The notes beneath the pieces are model-generated. The model was not told the DNA's origin. It saw nothing but the letters and a program-made list of their open reading frames with translations, and did not search any database. 59,106 bases of DNA from Candidatus Planktophila sp. (GTDB taxonomy: Bacteria; Actinomycetota; Actinomycetes; Nanopelagicales; Nanopelagicaceae), in the NCBI GenBank assembly GCA_964200985.1, contig CAXNCU010000001.1, positions 1 to 59,106 on the forward strand, written 5' to 3'. Numbering within the stretch: position 1 is the first letter of the stretch; every line of letters begins with the position of its first letter. This document shows positions 55,097 to 59,106 of this stretch, piece by piece. The translations under genes and the position numbers were made by a program.

Positions 55097-55735
55097 GTGA
55101 GTTTGTTCGACCAGTTACATTCAGATTGGCAAAGCGTCCTTGAGTCTTTGCGCCCGCAGCTGCTGGAGATTGATCGCACGCTAGAGGGTCAAGTGATTGC
55201 CCCGGAATATAGATACGTGATGAGAGCGCTCACAACTCCCATCGACTCTATTCGTGTAGCAATTATTGGCCAAGATCCATATCCAACTCCAGGGTTTGCT
55301 CATGGCTTAGCATTCTCGGTTTCTCAGGATATTGTGAAATTACCGGCCTCTCTTAAGAATATTTTTAAGGAGTTAGAGAGTGATTGCGGAGTTCCGGTAC
55401 CAATTAATGGAGATCTTTCACATTGGTCCGAGCAGGGAGTGTTACTACTCAATCGCATTTTAACAACACGTTCTGGTTCTTCACTCTCCCATGCCGATAT
55501 TGGATGGCAAGTGATCACTGATGAAGTTGCACGCATACTTGGTCAAAGATCGGTTATCGCTCTTCTTTGGGGGAAATCGGCACAAGAACTCGCACATTAC
55601 TTCCCTGCGGAGTTAGTGATTAGTTCTGCTCATCCAAGCCCTTTATCGGCCTATCGTGGCTTTTTCGGCTCCAAACCATTCTCTGCTGTTAATAGAATCT
55701 TGCTAAGCAAAGGGCAACAGGAGATTAAGTGGTAA
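55097..55735 (+). CDS. ung: Uracil-DNA glycosylase (family 1)
   Basis: GQDPY, GLAFS, GVLLLN and HPSPLS. Confidence 0.95.
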   Translation: MSLFDQLHSDWQSVLESLRPQLLEIDRTLEGQVIAPEYRYVMRALTTPIDSIRVAIIGQDPYPTPGFAHGLAFSVSQDIVKLPASLKNIFKELESDCGVPVPINGDLSHWSEQGVLLLNRILTTRSGSSLSHADIGWQVITDEVARILGQRSVIALLWGKSAQELAHYFPAELVISSAHPSPLSAYRGFFGSKPFSAVNRILLSKGQQEIKW

Positions 55736-55776
55736 AAGATAAAGCCCCGCGGATGTTTCCGCGGGGCTTTATCTTT
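55735..55776. terminator. Bidirectional intrinsic terminator between convergent ung and permease genes
   Basis: Perfect 19-bp inverted repeat AAAGATAAAGCCCCGCGGA-TGTT-TCCGCGGGGCTTTATCTTT. Confidence 0.9.
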
Positions 55777-55790
55777 CGATTCTCTAGCTA

Positions 55791-57236
55791 CTAGCCAATC
55801 CAAGAACTTATTGGAGAGGACAAGAAATAGATCATAAACAGACCTGAAACAAGTAGCATCAAAGGATGAACTTCTTTGCCGCGACCCTGAACAAGACGGA
55901 TTACAACGTGTGTAATAAATCCAGCTCCAATGCCTACTGAGATGTTGTAGGTAAATGGCATCAGGATTATCGTTAGGAATGCTGGGATACCAATTCCTAG
56001 ATCATCCCAATCAATCTTCTTGATCTGTGTCATCATAAGGAAACCGACAATAATCAAGGCTGGGGTAGCAGCTTCATAGGGGATTACAGCTACTAGTGGT
56101 GCAAGGAAAGTTGTTAGGAGGAACATAACTCCAGTAACAACAGAGGCAAGACCAGTACGTGCGCCTTCACCAACACCTGCCGCCGATTCTATGTAACTTG
56201 TATTTGAAGAGATTCCAGCAGCGCCTCCTGCAGCGGCCGCTATTGAATCCACCAATAGAATCTTCTGAATGTTATCTACATTGCCCTCTTTATCTGCAAG
56301 TCCAGCTTCGTGTCCGATCGCAGTAACTGTTCCCACAGTGTCGAAGAAGTCAGATAGTAATAATGTGAAGAGCAACAAGATTGCCGCAATGAGTGAGACA
56401 TTATCCAAAGTAAATGCACCGAAGAGATCAAACTGGCCTGTGAAATCGAATTCAGGAACAGCAATAATATCTGTTGGCACAGAAGGAATGTTGAGTCCCC
56501 AACCACCGTCGACAATCGTTGGTGGATTTCCTGGCGTAAAACCGGGGGCAATGTTGTAGAGCTTCTGAATAATGATGGCGGCAACGGTTGCACCGACGAT
56601 ACCGATCAGGATTGCGCCTTTGACCTTTCGAACCATTAATCCGATGATCAAAAGCGTTCCAAAGACGAAGACAACTGTCGGCCAACCAACTAGATTTCCA
56701 TTAACACCAAGGCCCACCGGAACTGGTCCTCCAGCGGTGCGACGAACAAAGCCAGCATCCACCAAACCAATAAGGGCAATGAATAGACCAATTCCAACCG
56801 AGATCGCTATTTTAATCTGGGGTGGAACCGCCTTGAATACTGCGACTCTGAAGCCAGTCAATACTAGAACCAAGATAATTAGACCTTCTAAAACGACAAG
56901 GCCCATCGCTGCAGCCCACGTCATCTGTGAGGCTATGCCGACGGCAACAAAAGTATTAAGTCCCAGACCAGTTGCAAGTGCAAGCGGATAATTAGCAACC
57001 GAACCCATGAGAATAGTTAATACACCTGCCACTAGCGCTGTTGTTGCTGCAACCATGGCTGGTGCAGGCTGCGCGCCGCCAAAGAGGAACTGACCGTTTT
57101 TATCTGGCGAGTAAGCCAAGATAATTGGGTTAAGGGCAACGATGTAGGCCATCGTGAAGAAGGTAACAAGACCACCTCTGACCTCTTGGGCGATCGAAGA
57201 ACCACGTTCTGAGATTTTAAAATATGAATCCAGCAT
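55791..57236 (-). CDS. NCS2/AzgA-family purine permease
   Basis: TFFTMAYI..LNP, GLGLN, DFFDTVGT and YIESAAGV..GARTG; many TM helices. Confidence 0.93.
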   Translation of the reverse strand: MLDSYFKISERGSSIAQEVRGGLVTFFTMAYIVALNPIILAYSPDKNGQFLFGGAQPAPAMVAATTALVAGVLTILMGSVANYPLALATGLGLNTFVAVGIASQMTWAAAMGLVVLEGLIILVLVLTGFRVAVFKAVPPQIKIAISVGIGLFIALIGLVDAGFVRRTAGGPVPVGLGVNGNLVGWPTVVFVFGTLLIIGLMVRKVKGAILIGIVGATVAAIIIQKLYNIAPGFTPGNPPTIVDGGWGLNIPSVPTDIIAVPEFDFTGQFDLFGAFTLDNVSLIAAILLLFTLLLSDFFDTVGTVTAIGHEAGLADKEGNVDNIQKILLVDSIAAAAGGAAGISSNTSYIESAAGVGEGARTGLASVVTGVMFLLTTFLAPLVAVIPYEAATPALIIVGFLMMTQIKKIDWDDLGIGIPAFLTIILMPFTYNISVGIGAGFITHVVIRLVQGRGKEVHPLMLLVSGLFMIYFLSSPISSWIG

Positions 57237-57334
57237 AATTGCAGCCTCTCTAATTTTGATAACGGGGGTGTTTAGGACCCCGTGTGCGATGAAGCGACCA
57301 GCACAACGGTCGGGGGATAGCAGGAGGCTATCGG

Positions 57335-58006
57335 CTACTTCTCAGTAAGACGGGCTACGACACCAAGGGCAATGGCGATAGATTGACCGATAAGCACGGC
57401 AAATAGAAGCGTTCCGAGGCCGACATTTCCTCCTAAGAGAGCCCCAAGGGCTACAACGCTGAGCTCTATCGCTAAGCGAACTCGTCCAACGCGAACCCCA
57501 GAGCGGTGATGAATTGCTGTCATCAAACCATCACGGGGTCCAGATCCGAGGCCACACGTAATATATAAACTCGTCGCCACTCCCACCATTGCGATGCCAA
57601 GAAGTGCGAAAATTACTCCCGATATAAAACTGCTCTGCAAAGGAATGATAGATGTTCCAAGTTGAATGGCGATTGCGATGATGATTAAATTTGAGAGAGT
57701 TCCAAATCCTGGCTTTTCGCGCAGAGGTATCCAAGCAAGAAGGACGACTGCGCTGATTGCGAAAGTGGACCAACCCATTGAGATATTTAGGTTGACAGAA
57801 ATGCCTTGTGCCAACACAGACCAGGGACCGTTACCGATATTGCTCTGAATAACGAATGCATCCCCAATTCCAAAAATAAAGAGACCGATAAACAGGATAG
57901 CCACTCTAAGAAAATTTAGATCCCATCGACCCGTTGCTGTCCAAGGAGTGTGCGGAACCGATCTATGAGGGCGTAAGAACTCGGCGAATGCATTTACTGA
58001 CACCAT
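57335..58006 (-). CDS. YczE/YitT-like membrane protein (start may be GTG 58003)
   Basis: G.GPW.VL.QG, PGFGT and LGSGPRDGLM motifs; duplicated hydrophobic halves. Confidence 0.8.
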   Translation of the reverse strand: MVSVNAFAEFLRPHRSVPHTPWTATGRWDLNFLRVAILFIGLFIFGIGDAFVIQSNIGNGPWSVLAQGISVNLNISMGWSTFAISAVVLLAWIPLREKPGFGTLSNLIIIAIAIQLGTSIIPLQSSFISGVIFALLGIAMVGVATSLYITCGLGSGPRDGLMTAIHHRSGVRVGRVRLAIELSVVALGALLGGNVGLGTLLFAVLIGQSIAIALGVVARLTEK

Positions 58007-58057
58007 GGGAGCCTAGTCCATGTTGCGCCTTTAATCGATAATGCGTAACCTGCAGGA

Positions 58058-58792
58058 ATGTTTCCAGGTATCGGCACTGTCATTAATGTTGTTGCAATCA
58101 TTTGCGGAGGCTCCATTGGTGTGCTCGTTGGAAACCGCTTAAGTTTGAAGACTCGTACGTTGACCACTGATGTGCTGGGGCTAGTTACATTGCTTGGCGC
58201 AGCATCAGCTCTTATGCCCATGTGGTCGACGCAGTTTCGATCGGCTTTTCCAAGTGGTTGGCCTTTACTGGTTATCTTGGGATCGCTATTGATTGGTGGA
58301 TTAATTGGAAGTTCACTCAAGTTAGAAGAGAAGTTAGATTCTCTTGGTGAAAATCTACGTAAGAAATTCAAAGTCTCTGAAAATGGAACATTCGTTGAGG
58401 GTTTCGTTTCAGCAGCGCTTCTATTTGCTATCGGACCTCTGGCTATTTTGGGATCAATCAGCGACGGTATGTCGACGGGTATTGATCAACTCTTATTGAA
58501 AAGCACATTGGACTTCTTTGCAGCCATGGCCTTTGCATCATCGCTTGGTTGGGGGGTCGCCGTAGCTGCTATTCCAGTGGCAATTTATCAAGGTACGTGG
58601 ACCGTTATTGGCCTGTTCCTTGGTACGGTTTTAACTGACTACCAAGTAGATGCAATGACGGTTGTAGGCGGAGTAATGCTCATAACCATCGGCTTGAGTT
58701 TGCTCAATATTAAGAAGGTCGCTGTCGCCAATCTTCTTCCCGCTCTAGCTGTAGCTCCGCTATTCGCTTTAGCAATTCATAGTTTTCTATAA
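58058..58792 (+). CDS. DUF554-family membrane protein
   Basis: GT.INV..I..G, GF..A.LLF.IG.L.ILGS, L.KS.LD and YQG motifs. Confidence 0.85.
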   Translation: MFPGIGTVINVVAIICGGSIGVLVGNRLSLKTRTLTTDVLGLVTLLGAASALMPMWSTQFRSAFPSGWPLLVILGSLLIGGLIGSSLKLEEKLDSLGENLRKKFKVSENGTFVEGFVSAALLFAIGPLAILGSISDGMSTGIDQLLLKSTLDFFAAMAFASSLGWGVAVAAIPVAIYQGTWTVIGLFLGTVLTDYQVDAMTVVGGVMLITIGLSLLNIKKVAVANLLPALAVAPLFALAIHSFL

Positions 58793-58795
58793 TTA

Positions 58796-59104
58796 TTAAA
58801 AGGTAGAACCATCGATCACAAATCGATACTTGACGTCACTCGCAACTGTTCGCGCATAAGCTGTGTCAGCATAATTCGCCTGGATAATCTCAACGTCGCT
58901 TACTATCGAGTGTTCTCCGCAGAAATTAAGCATCTCTTGCATTTCAGGAATTCCACCAATCATTGATCCGGCGATTCGACGACGTCCATCAAGCAGTGAG
59001 CCGACATTAACTGCATAAGGCTTTCCTGGCAGTCCAATAACTACCAATGTGCCATCTAAAGTAAGTAGATCTAGATAGAGATTGATATTTAGATCTGCGC
59101 TGAC
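58796..59104 (-). CDS. Zn-dependent NAD(P) alcohol dehydrogenase (cinnamyl-ADH-like), C-terminal part; 5' end outside window
   Basis: Frame is open to the window edge; GSMIGG..E.QEML.FC and DVKYRFVID. Confidence 0.88.
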   Translation of the reverse strand, partial: VSADLNINLYLDLLTLDGTLVVIGLPGKPYAVNVGSLLDGRRRIAGSMIGGIPEMQEMLNFCGEHSIVSDVEIIQANYADTAYARTVASDVKYRFVIDGSTF

Positions 59105-59106
59105 AG

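Noticed and set aside
55735-55776. Long perfect inverted repeat as a possible MITE or REP element
   Set aside because: Single copy in the window, between convergent genes with A/T tails; fully explained as a bidirectional terminator.
1-59106. CRISPR arrays, IS/transposases, prophage, defence systems, tRNA or rRNA genes
   Set aside because: No repeat-spacer arrays or integrase/transposase motifs seen; the longer intergenic gaps show no cloverleaf, and nearly all sequence is accounted for by core genes.

Overview
A gene-dense, apparently mid-GC (by eye), core-genome segment of a streamlined actinobacterium. Protein style, very short intergenic gaps and gene losses suggest freshwater acI / Ca. 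Nanopelagicales (Planktophila-like); this is inference. Gene order follows the conserved actinobacterial backbone: thrS-HIT-(EF-G2 remnant)-pgsA-patA-pimA, pdxST, yebC-ruvCAB-secDF-rel, hisS-aspS-alaS-ruvX-mltG, the aro cluster, efp-nusB-bldD, pyrR-B-C-carAB-pyrK-D-F, mihF/gmk-rpoZ-coaBC-metK-priA-def-fmt-rsmB-rpe, FMN riboswitch plus riboflavin transporter, hisEG, serB, ung and a purine permease. I saw no mobile elements, CRISPR, rRNA or tRNA. The most notable signals are: (1) a nucleoid protein mIHF fused in frame to guanylate kinase; (2) a BldD orthologue with an intact c-di-GMP motif; (3) a miniature, GTPase-dead EF-G2 domain-I protein; (4) a pseudoknot-capable leader I do not recognise, upstream of the NCS2 purine permease (candidate riboswitch); (5) collapse of the rib locus to riboswitch plus transporter; and (6) many apparent leaderless promoters.
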